Shown: positions 19,301 through 29,300 of the stretch, in pieces
Layout of the letters: every line of letters starts with the position of its first letter
Position numbering within the stretch: the first letter of the stretch is position 1
Origin: a virus
Reading direction: 5' to 3' (one strand)
Length of the DNA stretch: 64,000 nucleotides
IMG/VR virus record: IMGVR_UViG_3300022074_000002
The notes under the pieces: model-generated
Told to the model about the DNA's origin: nothing
What the model saw: only the letters and a program-made list of their open reading frames with translations
Database searches by the model: none
Translations under genes and position numbers: made by a program

Positions 19301-21392
19301 CTCAAATATCGAGTCGGGACTAGATTATACATTTGCATCAAAAGGAAATTACAATAATAGTTTTGTACTAACAGATGCAGATATAACAAATGAGATTTTA
19401 AATCTCAAGAAAGATAGTGATGGTAGAAATATATTAAAAGATCCTAACTCTGATTGGTTTGGAACAGTAGTTGGTAAAACATATGTTGCACCATTTGTAT
19501 ATTTGTCTAATGGAGACAATATTAAAGTAGAAGGTGAGACAGGTTTTAGAAAAATTAAAACTCTCCCTACTGAAACTACAAGTAAAGATGGAAGACCTAA
19601 CGAACAGACATCTGATGATATCTTTGGTTCAGTCTCAGTTGAGACTTATACTGGAATCACGAGAGGAGAAGGTCTTTCTGTCGTTGCAGAAATTCAGAAT
19701 GGATCTGTAATATCTCTTACATGGAACCAGCGTAGTTATGATCCAATTACACAACCAACTGCATATCAGTATTATACACCTCCTGTACTTAAGTTTGAGA
19801 CATTAGATGGTAATGGTGGTGGTGCTAAAGCAAATGTATTAGTAAGTAAGGGTCAGGTAATTAGTGTTGATCTACTTGATGGTGGTTCTGGATATACCAA
19901 AGCACCTAAGGTTATCACAACTAGAAGATTTGATATCTTAAGTGAAAGAGACGTTGGTGTTTCTCTAATCAATGTTGCTATCAATCCATTTGTGGAAACT
20001 GGTGGAATGACTGCTTTATCAGTTGTTACTGAGATTGATGAGTCTGGTCTTACAGGTATTACAGGTGTTAGTTCTCTATCAGTACAGGTAGCGGGTGATG
20101 CTGAGATTGTTCTCGAAAGAGAATTTACTCCTGACGAGATAGAGGTATTCTCTATTGGTGGAGCATTAGATCCACAAAGAGATTATCTAGAACTTAATAC
20201 TAACAGACCTACTCCTGCTAGTGAAGTTCAAGTATTTGAAGGTCCTACTTATGAAGCAACTGTTGTTTCTGCAGAGGTTCAAGATATTGTATCTCTCAAT
20301 TCTATATCTACTGTTTCTAAAGTAATCACACAGACTCAGCAGATTGAGATTCCTAATAATGCAATCAGCAATGTCAACTACTTTGAGAATGCTGCACTAT
20401 TGGATCTTGACTTCCTCATCGGTGATGTTATTGCTTACATTGCTGATACATCTAAGTTTGCTCCTAGTGGTAGATTGATGATTGGTGATGAGGTTATATA
20501 CTATGAGAAGAAGATTAATGATAGATTCTATCAAATCATTAGAGGATATCAAGGAACAACTGAACAAGATTGGGTTGCTGGAACTTACCTCAGACAGATT
20601 GAAGATGTAACAGTTATATCTGCTGGTCTTGTTGAAGTTGAGTCTGAAAGCGATGTTAGAATGGTTAACATTGGACTCGTCGGTTCTGGATTTGAAAGAC
20701 AAGTATTCAGACAAGTAACATCTCCTGATGACTTAGACATTACTAAGGAATCAACTGAAGTTCTTATTGTACCTCCACCTGGCGGTGCAGTTGATGGATA
20801 TGAAGAGACAGCGTTCATTAATGATCCTATACAACAGAGAAATCAGAACCAAGTTGATTTGATTGAAAATGCTCTTGGTAACTATACTGTTACTCAACGT
20901 GATGGAACAATCATTGAAGTAAGAAACGAACTATTTGGAACTAACGAATATATCGGTTCATATATAAAGACTACTGTAGGTTCTAATATAGGAAACTGGC
21001 AGTACATAGCATTTGATGATGGAACTGCTGACGTATCTAACCTAACAATCGCTGATATATCAACATACTATCCATCATTGACTCTTGGTGATTTTGTAGA
21101 TAGAGCAAACTCCTCCTTCACAAAGGCAGGAGATAAGTTCAATCTTGCATTACCATCAATACAAAATCCTGTCGCTATTAGTTCTACAGTAGGAACTATT
21201 GGTGGAAATATTGTTGTACAAGATACAACTTACTTCCCAACAACAGGGTATATTTTACATAACAATGGTACATATACAGGTATAATTAAGTATACTGGTA
21301 AGACTGCTAATACCTTCACTGGTTGTACTAGACATAATGGTGATAATCAGATTGCGTCTGGATCTGAGATAGTACCTATATCAATCGTATAA
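10362..21392 (+). CDS. g7: Baseplate wedge initiator gp7, giant modular form (3676 aa) with cupredoxin-like, YHYH and two phycobiliprotein-like domains
   Basis: LIETQLPEFI N-terminus, FYKAKGT..SIKF and YQDYSYVIKS...HPAGFKLFG motifs; lies between g6 and g8. Confidence 0.88.
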   Translation: MVAVKTKRISTLIETQLPEFISTEYELFSKFVTKYYEAQEVQGGTLDIINNIQKYADIDYYEKNLLRQHDTLDVSITNSSDTIVLQDARSFPEKDGYIRIDDEIIFYATRTDTTLSGCSRGVSGNTKIGDLYSKSNFVSTTATAHAAGQTVYNISNLFLYALVKNFEKQYLGSFPEKYLRGSVDKRTLIKNIQNFYKAKGTDSSIKFVFNSIIDKDFDPLDRTNLAQFEWFIKSEFDNIAIDVTSPNGQFLVGDRIKTTTASGEIAKIVRNDQNVITRVYLRQVSSTFSLGDSVTGTTGSTFTASTVYTFPNGIFYINFGKLPQLFGDFEYGKYYFAPEGIRIFQNWQIIWNQSDPSNLPMPIHPDGHPMKFSTTREGTLLGGQQYYNSKPVLGVKTNYDNEFQPEFMMNVDESNKIYYYCAYHRYMSGLDGDEGYMELVANTRPRKIVKPEVYKPRDFTYKASNADWINVYALKCKVISGDVKSLVGKKIVQSDTEEYDYADAVVDNVYADGTRDDEVIYNIVLAPETVNGTFGVSTKTQLEKVLIGTKSKGDRIDVFSTTGWDNTGSVLIGDETITFSEKTVGQFIIDNRLAQTAVQHDVGTPVYKPVTIAGSGVTLLTMGIVYNLQPSDPQPYSFVGDKIQVSNPGFETSDSKIVNVGTNQTRWILGTGAAVNVPTLSAVATSLDQVPTNVSAILADDQYYYIASSSFPSHKILDGSTVTQTVLDQKLLRIIRKQATRTTETYPTPKRDIGIGLNGVPFYGYKDAESIRYGKLEQIKVDLRGTGYVRPPFVLIDQVPNKARAILAGQVVESISVDTTDVFPRTPDVLITSGRNAAVRAVVTGGKVTSLILDNAGEFYSSPPQVVIRDNAGRGRFAEFEAVVNTDGQITGFNKIAEGNFYNQNTVIVEIVPVGSGATGIPLLKEWNFNRYKKLETKLDTENGYVFGNSNNVLEYGYGYAANPKALRVSLSDNLNSAGTEPASKSHSPIIGFAYDGNPIYGAFGYQDPLDSTSSITRMTSSYSINGNRSEGPDLTTYPIGTFVNDYTYTHKSGTLDENNGRFCTTPEFPQGTYAYFITIDSNQVPQYPYIIGENFYSLPVDSNYNSDINQNDIPKKARRFYQAGMPRNGDGFIAQIEEVKQGNVESVSVLDTSANFSINSQLYFDNTGTQGSEAEAIVSSVKGKDVSYLQSKENKVVKLTIIQSAYLFADDTLSQPTSGASGTIVGTVKNDSTIVLKNVTGTFNNTGTFSAAIKTFDILLDQRSSYTKGAILSLTDGVNAPIATAEVLEGTSAQNVVQIKVLTGTWTTDNTYFIQSNDLFNTSGTRIVTLTSLSDGLEPFEVNQSVALIETTSNHGLGIGDNVTIDINPDDATKTKTYYIRKRLYQEAVLIPPNAKTNINFTGIGRYEILNGGADYTAGTYTSIALTGGSGSGATATFTVSSAGVVSGIQIQDAGVGYARGDYLGVADEDLVRSGASQSTSRFTIYVGHVGVAVGATKVTVDNAQGFATDDFIQIGQEVLKIAGINGNDLSVTRGQEGTTDVDHFDGQEVSLYNAQYNFTNNYQIFSGSLSGYIQSYDPITHKIVVVYDYATLNTNANKVVLSSSFFDTSTPQRLVAVRSAEDVVYKFEFSEDNSTFVPNPNIDLQEFYKYKFDTSHSSLTGTYFDISPSSNYNLITVEKIESTILPGNAGAFTDVKFGFGSRLTTNTYQTKTGTDFTNFYYFDNKNVVNSGGSYFKLVTDPLQGTKTINYVTPNRFVYDVTSTPLWDGSGSISYTTNGQFAIGKINTVGIINLGLNYKKVPVITGVDPAESYRAAATVTFDAASQTITGVDITNEGSNYVNPKIVITKSDGSDVKFNVLVREGKVTSITVEKPGRGYTYAPEILIVEGEVEAFVESTSIGVPQSVRITSNGGAFHLDETVSSTFRSNYVLALKNYNGNFRIGEQVVQKINGVEVFRATVVDWRFGSNLLKVENSTGIVREDVSIESTIMPVSGIVQSIFVTTFSEEISSFYDNLGFYQSDKGKLGVQNQKIIDSLFYQDYSYVIKSGTSIEQWRDLIKATTHPAGFKLFGQVDIEATANFATRDQGSLVELPKDRTPDATHFTVVQLWDPEKNKITVENSSRIVTQTVQKVENQRIRKGFGTAATSEFNFNEAEAFEFTLGAVFDGAFDNDGRLQGTTAFTTKKDGVAFNLADNKLKNMIVTLDGVIQEPGIAYTINSGNITFSQPPLVGVTFYGKVFKFKDEQYNTKYFKKLRNIFQRGGTWIDSANQIERNVQFIIDETIGYGKATHPSLDWSTKQDDYEANIRAILDAYQHDIRFGGNIKTIDYASIFSSGSAYLYIRNYKTQSNDIFEYATRLAKLAIRNWDFVDVNIAYVQGQKTMTVSSTKNLAVGLFVSSGKSYPTGTKIVSIDSDTQVTLNNAALANSGGGGGAPSGTTPVSGTGSTTTIGTSTAQVPLGSTFTVPPGATVTVPLSFSGTTQAKFGWSALNNGMFYKAGELIEKNETEIIQLALNATQTQYPNLGWGGGPGVAPYYPLQMRPLIQAYVYHLKMGGNFKIVENAQAYYKQNDYPYGEELYYDASSLGEVQKGITGTVESTIFIMNEVKNNCIQAMRNQLSITDPNVLVDSLSPVCAEVESTLNTYHDITETIITEGRGLVEKTPVNQNKSGYWTGTVTYSNYNILGDPLLPVEECTTVISAMDSLYENLSDVVKEESVTRSLPDYIDGETTDFELYWDDNTEVNTEEDEDLFLTINSVLQRPKFTENYPLKDAYWIDRTVIPNVIKFDTAPIWDQDLGAKSIGEPTAVEKVVGIGVSNYKRLTIDFELVDGVRNGPFLILDVLDGTVQSIESEDSLYVFLDGVLQVNGKAYTVSGPNITFHDSIKKDMQIDMRYIYGRDVGQILNIYDFAPDTYFSQGTFSFVASQQNMDTLLSYTWMGEKIGNPIHVWQTRANGTKNVIGELSNPIRTGNTVVFELKSQNSNIESGLDYTFASKGNYNNSFVLTDADITNEILNLKKDSDGRNILKDPNSDWFGTVVGKTYVAPFVYLSNGDNIKVEGETGFRKIKTLPTETTSKDGRPNEQTSDDIFGSVSVETYTGITRGEGLSVVAEIQNGSVISLTWNQRSYDPITQPTAYQYYTPPVLKFETLDGNGGGAKANVLVSKGQVISVDLLDGGSGYTKAPKVITTRRFDILSERDVGVSLINVAINPFVETGGMTALSVVTEIDESGLTGITGVSSLSVQVAGDAEIVLEREFTPDEIEVFSIGGALDPQRDYLELNTNRPTPASEVQVFEGPTYEATVVSAEVQDIVSLNSISTVSKVITQTQQIEIPNNAISNVNYFENAALLDLDFLIGDVIAYIADTSKFAPSGRLMIGDEVIYYEKKINDRFYQIIRGYQGTTEQDWVAGTYLRQIEDVTVISAGLVEVESESDVRMVNIGLVGSGFERQVFRQVTSPDDLDITKESTEVLIVPPPGGAVDGYEETAFINDPIQQRNQNQVDLIENALGNYTVTQRDGTIIEVRNELFGTNEYIGSYIKTTVGSNIGNWQYIAFDDGTADVSNLTIADISTYYPSLTLGDFVDRANSSFTKAGDKFNLALPSIQNPVAISSTVGTIGGNIVVQDTTYFPTTGYILHNNGTYTGIIKYTGKTANTFTGCTRHNGDNQIASGSEIVPISIV
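11380..11680 (+). other. Cupredoxin-like module in gp7 (H...CxxHxxM)
   Basis: GHPMKFST...YYYCAYHRYMSG. Confidence 0.55.
12600..13680 (+). other. YHYH-like domain in gp7, split by inserted Gly-rich modules
   Basis: IGIGLNGVPFY...HSPIIGFAYDGNPIYG...GTLDENNGRFCTTPEFPQGTYAYF. Confidence 0.65.
17154..18500 (+). other. Two nested phycobiliprotein-like helical domains in gp7
   Basis: WIDSANQIERNVQFII...YEANIRAILDAYQHDIRFGGN...RNW [FYKAGELIEKN...MRPLIQAYVYHLKMGGN...VCAEVESTL] EECTTVISAM. Confidence 0.55.
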
Positions 21393-21407
21393 ATAAACGT
21401 ATAAATA
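21388..21407 (+). promoter_or_regulatory. Tandem perfect T4 late promoters upstream of g8
   Basis: TATAAATA at 21388-21395 and 21400-21407. Confidence 0.85.
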
Positions 21408-21448
21408 ACTCAGGCACTTAATACAATAACGTCGGAACAGGAAAAACA

Positions 21449-23263
21449 ATGGCTGCTATTATCTCTGATAAGTTTAGAATTTTTAACGCTAAACAATTTT
21501 TAGAATCTTTAACCGAAGGACCCAACGATACGAGTTCGGAAAGATCAAGAATGTATTTCTTTGTGGGAAGACCACAACCATGGAAGGCATATTTAGAAAT
21601 ACATACCAAGAACTCAACGGCTTTCGTAGTCGGAAATGAAGTTTATGTGGGTACATATGGATCGACTGCTTTTCGTGCCACAGTTGCAGCAGTATATGAC
21701 ACCGCTTTATTATTAACCGACGTTTTTGGAAGTTCTGGTGTTAACTCTGCTCCTCCTCTTGGATCTGCATTAAAAGGTAGAACAGGTGGTGCTGGCGGTT
21801 CTGACACAGGTGCTACAGCAGTCTCTGGTGTATATCGTTACGCTACTGAAGATGTTCCACCACTTCCTCTAGATAATCAGAGAGAAAAGATTACTCTATA
21901 CGACGAATTAATTGCTGCCAAACGTATTACTGATTCTTTTGCAAGAACAGTTATCCGCCGTTACAACTGGGATCTAGTTGCTAACCCTAAGTATGACATG
22001 TTCAAACCAGACTACTCTGCTACACCAGGTGGCGGTGGTCAAGTTGGTAAACAAGCAGCGACTGGTGCTACAAGCATCTCAGATGCTAAGTTCTATGTAA
22101 TGAACACATACTACGAAGTATTTAAGTGTCTCTATAACGGAGAGAACCCTAGCAACACTACAGGACAGAACGCAACCGAAGAACCATATACTGCTGGTGG
22201 TAACTATGATTCTGCAACTGGTCTTTATACAGAGACAACTGGTGCAGGATACATCTGGAAGTATATGTACACTATTCCTACTGATGATGTTCTTAAGTTC
22301 TTATCATCAGACTTTATGCCAATCGTTCTTCCTGCTAACGTAAGTAGAACCGCAGTTGCTGGTATTGCAGTTTCTGGTGCTATTGATGTAGCACTTATTG
22401 AGAATGCTGGATCAGGTCTTCCTGCTTCACAGACTCTATACACTGCTATTGTTGGTGATGGAACAGGTGGTAAGGTTAAGTTTGTAACAAACGGTGCTGG
22501 TACAATCACATCTGCTGAAATTGAAGCACGTGGATCAGGTTACACTTATGGTAACGTACTATTAGGAAATGGTAACTTATTCTCTAACGCTGGTTTATCA
22601 TCTGCTGTAACAACTGGTGCTTCTGCTGTTGGTGCTATCGAAGTTGTTCTACCTCCACAAGGTGGACATGGTTCTGATCAAGAAGTAGAACTTAATGGTA
22701 AGCGTGTTATGACTAACATTCGTCTTACATATTCAGAAGGTTCTGGAGACTTCCCTGTAGATAACGACTTCCGTAGAATTGGAATTATTCAAGACCCATT
22801 TAACTGGGGTACTACAACATTCTCTACTTCTGATACATTATCTGGATTAAAAGCAGTTAAGATTACTGGTGCTTCTGCAGACTTCTCTGTTGACGAGAAG
22901 ATTACACAGACTGTAACTGGTGGTACAGCATATGGTACAGTTGTATCATGGACATTAGACAGTGGTTCTACAACTGCTGGAGTTCTTAAGTACATCCAAA
23001 CAAACGATGCACACACAGACTCTGGTGTAGTAAGAGGATTTGAGTCTAATGGTTCTAACGCAATCACTGGAGAACTTTCTACTGCATCTGGTAACGTAGA
23101 TACTGCATATGGTTCTACATTATTAGGCGTTACATTCTCATCTGGACTTGCTGCTCCTGAGATCGAAAATAACTCAGGTGAGGTAATTTATGTTGAGAAC
23201 AGAAGACTAATCACTCGTGCACCTGACCAGATCGAAGATATCAAGTTAGTAATTGAATTCTAA
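21449..23263 (+). CDS. g8: Baseplate wedge subunit gp8
   Basis: MAAIISDKFRIFNAKQF N-terminus, GYIWKYMYTI and YVENRRLITRAPDQIEDIKLVIEF C-terminus. Confidence 0.92.
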   Translation: MAAIISDKFRIFNAKQFLESLTEGPNDTSSERSRMYFFVGRPQPWKAYLEIHTKNSTAFVVGNEVYVGTYGSTAFRATVAAVYDTALLLTDVFGSSGVNSAPPLGSALKGRTGGAGGSDTGATAVSGVYRYATEDVPPLPLDNQREKITLYDELIAAKRITDSFARTVIRRYNWDLVANPKYDMFKPDYSATPGGGGQVGKQAATGATSISDAKFYVMNTYYEVFKCLYNGENPSNTTGQNATEEPYTAGGNYDSATGLYTETTGAGYIWKYMYTIPTDDVLKFLSSDFMPIVLPANVSRTAVAGIAVSGAIDVALIENAGSGLPASQTLYTAIVGDGTGGKVKFVTNGAGTITSAEIEARGSGYTYGNVLLGNGNLFSNAGLSSAVTTGASAVGAIEVVLPPQGGHGSDQEVELNGKRVMTNIRLTYSEGSGDFPVDNDFRRIGIIQDPFNWGTTTFSTSDTLSGLKAVKITGASADFSVDEKITQTVTGGTAYGTVVSWTLDSGSTTAGVLKYIQTNDAHTDSGVVRGFESNGSNAITGELSTASGNVDTAYGSTLLGVTFSSGLAAPEIENNSGEVIYVENRRLITRAPDQIEDIKLVIEF

Positions 23264-23279
23264 GCATTATAAAACTTCG

Positions 23280-23286
23280 CTAAATA
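23280..23286 (+). promoter_or_regulatory. T4-type late promoter
   Basis: CTAAATA in the intergenic region upstream of 23323. Confidence 0.65.
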
Positions 23287-23322
23287 ATATGACGAGAATA
23301 CTAGTATTATTGGCGGAGTAAG

Positions 23323-26300
23323 ATGCCTCAGAAGACGAACCTAAACGTAAGCCCATATTACGAAGATTTTGATGCGAAAAAGAATTTTTATAAGATTCTT
23401 TTCAGACCTGGCTATTCTATCCAAGGTAGAGAACTAACACAGGTTCAATCAATTCTTCAAAACCAAGTAGAGAGCTTCGGTAAATATGCCTTCAAGCAAG
23501 GCGAACTTGTTATTCCTGGTGAAGTAGGACTTAACACAAAATTAGATTACGTAAAATTATCATCTGTTTCAGAAGTTGCAGTAAACGATGGTAATAATAA
23601 TATTGTTTATAAAAAATATGATATATCCCAATTAGTTGGAGAAGAACTACTTGGGTTAACTTCTGGTGTCAAGGGAAGAATAGTTTCTACGAAACTGGCA
23701 ACAGAAAGCACAGCAGATACTTTGTTTGTAAATTACGTCAATAGTGGTTCGTCTAACACTGAGACTACATTTAGACAAGGTGAGACTCTAGAAGTTGTTG
23801 ATGGTGTTAATACACCTTTACTCGTTGTAGGTACAGATGGTAGTGTTCTACCAACCAGTATTCAAGTAACTAATCCTGATACAAATGAGGTAACTTCATT
23901 AGAAAGTCCTGCTATGGGATTTGGTTCTGCTGTTAAGGTAGAAGAAGGTATTTACTTTGTCAATGGTTATTTTGTTCGTTGTGAATCAGAACTATTAGTT
24001 ATTGATGAGTATTATAATAAACCATCTGCAAAAGTTGGTTTTACAATTAAAGAAGAGATTGTTACTCCAGAAGAAGATCCATCATTATATGATAATGCAA
24101 TAGGATCATCTAACTATACTGCACCTGGTGGACATAGATTAAAAATATCTCTCATATTAAAAGAGTTTGCTCTTAATGCAATTACTGATAAGAACTTTAT
24201 ACAACTTCTTACAGTATCAAGAGGAGTAATCCAAAGAAAGGTTGAGTCTACAGACTTTAGTGTATTAGAACAAACACTTGCTCGTAGGACATTTGATGAG
24301 TCAGGTGATTATGTTGTAGATAATTTTTCTGTAGACATTAGAGAATGGGCACAGAAAGATGGTAACAGAGGTTTGTATGCTGTAGATGAATTTGGTTTAT
24401 ACAATGGATATAATGCAACTGAGTCTTCTAGAAAGATGGTTGCAAGTATAGGTCCTGGTAAAGCATATATTAAAGGTTATGAGATTGTCAATAAAGAGAC
24501 TAAGTATCTTGAGATTGATAAAGCAAGAGAGAGTCTTTCTACTGACAATGTAAATTTAAAATCTCAGGGTCTTCCATCATTTAGTGTTACCAATGTATTT
24601 GGTAGTGTTCCTTTAAACAAAGAGGGATCTGATCTTACTGCATATCCTGACGTATTTTTATACAATACATTTAATGATGGTTCTGTTGGATTAAACAATA
24701 CAGAATTATCTACAGATCATAGACAAACAATTAGTAGAAGAGGTCTTAACTTTACTCCCGATGATGGTATAAAGACCATAACACTTCAAATAACAAACAC
24801 TACAACTCTTATAGGTGCTGTAACAGATGCAACTTTCCAAAGTCAGTTTGGTGAATTGTTCTACATCAAAACTAGAAGTGATCTTGGCACACCAACAGCA
24901 ATTGGTTCTTTCAAAACATTATCTTTTGCCACTACTAATAAACCACTTATCAATCCATCAACATCTGTTCAATTTTTAGAAATCACAGTATTCGGTCCTA
25001 AAAATGAATTAGAACAGTTATTGTTAGAGTATGATTTATCTGATACTGAATTTAAGAGAAAGGTTTTCTTAACAGAAGCAAATGCACAGACAAACTCAGG
25101 GGATGAGTTTGGATTTGTGGTAGATTATTCTCCTACTATCACTCCTGTAATAGGTAAAGTAAAACCTAACAACTTCTTCTTGAAGCAAAGAGGTTCTGGT
25201 TTTAACTCAGACTCAGATATCATTCTTTCTAGAGGTCGTCTTGCTGCAGGAACTAATGCATACAATACAACATTTGGATTCTCTTACTTTGATCCACAGT
25301 TCTTTACTAAGATAGTTTTAGAATCTGTTCCTACAGGAACTAATGCATTTGATGAAGGTAAATATGTATTTGGTATTACAAGTGGTGCTTATGGTGTTGT
25401 AGAAGGAACTGCATCTGGTGTTTATAGTACAGGTGTACTACTATATGTGAAGACTCTATCTGGTAGATTCTTACCTGGTGAAACAATTAGAGATGAGGGT
25501 GGTGTAACTGTAAGAATTGCAAAAGAAAATACAATATCACATTTCATAATTCAAAATAGAGGACTAGGATATGCTGATGGTGCTACTCTATTAATTAATG
25601 GTCTAGAGTTTGATAGTTCTAAGATAGATCTTTCAAGAACTACAGATGGTAAACTTTATAAAGCATCTGTTGCTAATAGATCTGCTGTAGGTATTGAGTA
25701 TGCTCAACCTCCTGCTATCACTGTAAAAAATCCAGAGGGTTCATCTGCTCCTAATGCTGCTGCAAGTATTGTTCCTATCTTGTATAGAAACACAGTCACT
25801 ACATATACACCACAAAATGTTAAGTCTATTGGTTGTGCTTATGGTTCTGGAAATGCAAATGATTTCTCTGCTGATGTTGTCGTAGATAGTCAAAAGTATT
25901 CTGAGATTAAGACTGTAACTGACTATACATTTTTTGGTTCACAAGGATCTACATTTATTGAATCAACAAGTTTCAGTGCTGATGCATCAACTGCTGTACA
26001 GCAAGGTGACCTTGTACAATTCTCAGATGATGATAATAATCTTGTTAGATCTATTGTTCAGTATGCAACAGAACAAGAAGGAGCATACAAATCTAGAATT
26101 TACTTAGACACAGCTTTGCCTGGTGCAGTTACTAATGCTAGTATTGTAAGATTACGTCCAAAGGTAGACAATGCTGCAAAGGGCACATTACTATTTTCTA
26201 CTGGTAGTAAGCAAGTATCTCAAATATCTTCTGGTGGAGATGATACTAAAATTAAATATTACTTCCGTAGAGATTTTGTAACTACTGCAACTACAGGTGG

Positions 26301-29300
26301 TGGTACAATTACATTCGCTGCACAGTTACCATTTGGTACACAAAGATTTGCTGCATACAGTGAAGAGAATTATATCATTACTGTATTAGATCCTGGTGAT
26401 GCACCTGACATAATAAAAGGTGATATCATTTATGTTCCAACAGATGTTGTAGATATTTCATCTGCTACTGATACTGCTAGTGGACTAACATCAGGTAGTA
26501 TTAGTTTACAGTTATCATCAGCATATTTTGGAAATATACCATCTAATGGTACTTTCCCTAAACTTAAGTTAACCGCAACACTAGAAGTATCTAATGCAAA
26601 ACCAAGACTTAAGACTGTAGTAAAAAATAAGAGAATCACAGTTACATCTGCTGGTGATCGTGTTGTGCCATTAAGAGGTACAGACTATGATACAGAAGTT
26701 GTAGAAATTTTATCTTATGCAGATGCTTTTAAATTAAACTACGTTTATGAAGGAACATCATCACAACCTCCTGAGATTGATACTGCTGGTAATATAATTT
26801 CTGGTACTGATGTAACATCAAGATATACATTTGATGATGGACAAAGAGATACAATCTATGATGTATCACGTATTGTTTTAAAACCAGGTTTTGAAGAAAC
26901 AACTGGTCAACTTGTTATTTCTTTCGATTACTTCGAGCATTCACAAGGAGATTTCTGTACTATTGATAGTTACTTACATGAGGCAGGAGTTTCAGAAGAT
27001 GAGATTCCAACATTCGACTCATCTGTTCTTGGTATTACAGAACTCAAGAACGTAATTGACTTTAGACCAAAGGTTGATAGCACTGCTATTATACCAGGTT
27101 TCCTTGATACATCAACACTAGAAAGAACAGAAGGATCATTCTCTGGTGCTGGTGCTATTGTTGCAAGTAGTCCTGCTCCTGATAAGAATTTAGAATATAC
27201 ATTCTCATTCAGTCAAGTTCAATACTTAGATCGTATTGATGGTATCTTCTTAGATAAGAAAGGTAATTTTGTAGTTAATGAGGGTAACTCATCTCTTAAC
27301 CCAACTAAACCAGATCCAATAGAAGATGCAGTACCATTGTTCTATGCATATATTCCTGCATTTACCAAGACAAGTAAAGATGTAAGAATAACTCCAGTTG
27401 ATAATAAACGTTACACAATGCGTGACATTGGTAAATTAGAGAAACGTATTGAAAGATTAGAATACTACACAACACTTAGCATACTAGAACAGCAAGCACT
27501 TAACATGCAAGTTAAGGATGAGATAGGTCTTGACAGATTTAAGTCTGGTTTTGTTGTTGATAATTTTGAAGCACATAAAGTTGGTAATCTTAAATCATTA
27601 GATTATCGTTGTGCTGTTGATGCTCAACAATCTGTACTACGTCCACAATCTAAAGAAGATTCTGTAGGATTAGTAGAAGTTAATACAAGAGAAGATCAAA
27701 GAGCAGTTTCTGGATATAAGAAGACAGGACATATGGTTACACTACCATATTCTCCATTGTCTTTATTAGGAAATAGTTTTGCATCATCTACAGTAAATCC
27801 AAACCCATTTGTTGTACTTCAGTATGTTGGTGATAGTGATGTATCTCCATCAATAGATCAGTGGTATGATTCAAGTATAGAACCAGTTGTTGTAGATACA
27901 AATACAGATCTATTCAATATATTCTTGGCAAAAGAAAGTGTAAAAGAAAGTTTCTCTAGTTTACATAATTCATTTGTTATTAACTGGGTAGGTGCTACAT
28001 CATCATTTACTGCTATTAATTCATTAGGCAATGTCAATACACAAGTTGCTAATACATCAGTTCAAACTGCATCTGTTGGAAGTTCTTCTAACATCAGTCC
28101 ACAAAACAATGAAGTAGGTAAAGGTCTACAGACTAAATCTGTAGGTGATAGTATTGTTTCTACATCATTATCATTCTTTGCAAGAAGTGTACCTATCAAA
28201 TTTAAAGTTGGTAGGATGAAACCTAATACAAGATTATATGTTTTCTTAGAAGGTAGAGATATTAGTCGTTGGGTAAATCCTGACCTTAGATATACTGGTA
28301 TTGCAGGAAACTCTCTATCAGCATTTAATGGATCTATTACTACAGATGAGTATGGTAATGCTAGTGGTTTGATTATACTACCAGCAGGAACACCTCCTAA
28401 TGAAAATGCTATATGGGGTGGAGACATTGATACTGTTGGATATGATGCATCAGCAGAATCTTTAAACTTCACTGTAGGAACTCTAACATTTAGATTTACA
28501 TCTAGTGCTACTAATGCAGCAAAAACAGATGTTGATAGTTACACAGAAGTTAAGTATTATGCTACAGGTATTCTTCCAGAGAATCCTTCAAGTATTGTGT
28601 CTACAAAACCATCTGTCTTTAAATCTAATGAGGGTGTACAGTTAATCGAAAGTAATACTGACAATCCTGTAAGACCTAATCCTCTTGCACAAACATTTAA
28701 AGTAGAAAATCTAGATGGTGGTTGTTTTGTAACTGGTATTGATTTGTATTTCAGTAAGAAGAGTACAACAATTCCTATTAAAACATATATCACAAATGTG
28801 GATGCTGAAAAACCAGCAAAAAATATTGTACCTGGCAGTGAAAAAACATTAACACCCAACACATTCCTTAAGTGTTTTGCTAGTGGTAACATGTCAATAC
28901 TCAAGGGTGAAAATGTTACTGGTGCATCTTCTACTGCGTCAGGTCCTATACTCAAAGTGTTTGATAAGAATAATGTAGAATTAGTTGCAACTGCATCTGG
29001 TAGATATAGTCTTACTAACGAACAAGTTTATACTGTTGTTCTTAGCAATCATAATGGTAAATCATTCCTACCAAATGAAGATCTAATTATTCCATCTGTA
29101 ACTCTTGCTAATGATACAGGTGGCACAGATTTTGTTCTTGCTATTGCAAAAAATAGTGGTAAGTTATCAGGTATCAGAGTTACAAATCCTGGTCTTAATT
29201 ACGACAGTGCAATTCTAACAATAGAGAGTCCACAATTACCTGGCGGATCTACTGCTACAGCAAGCATAGAAGTTTCTGGTGGTAAGATTTACAATGCTGA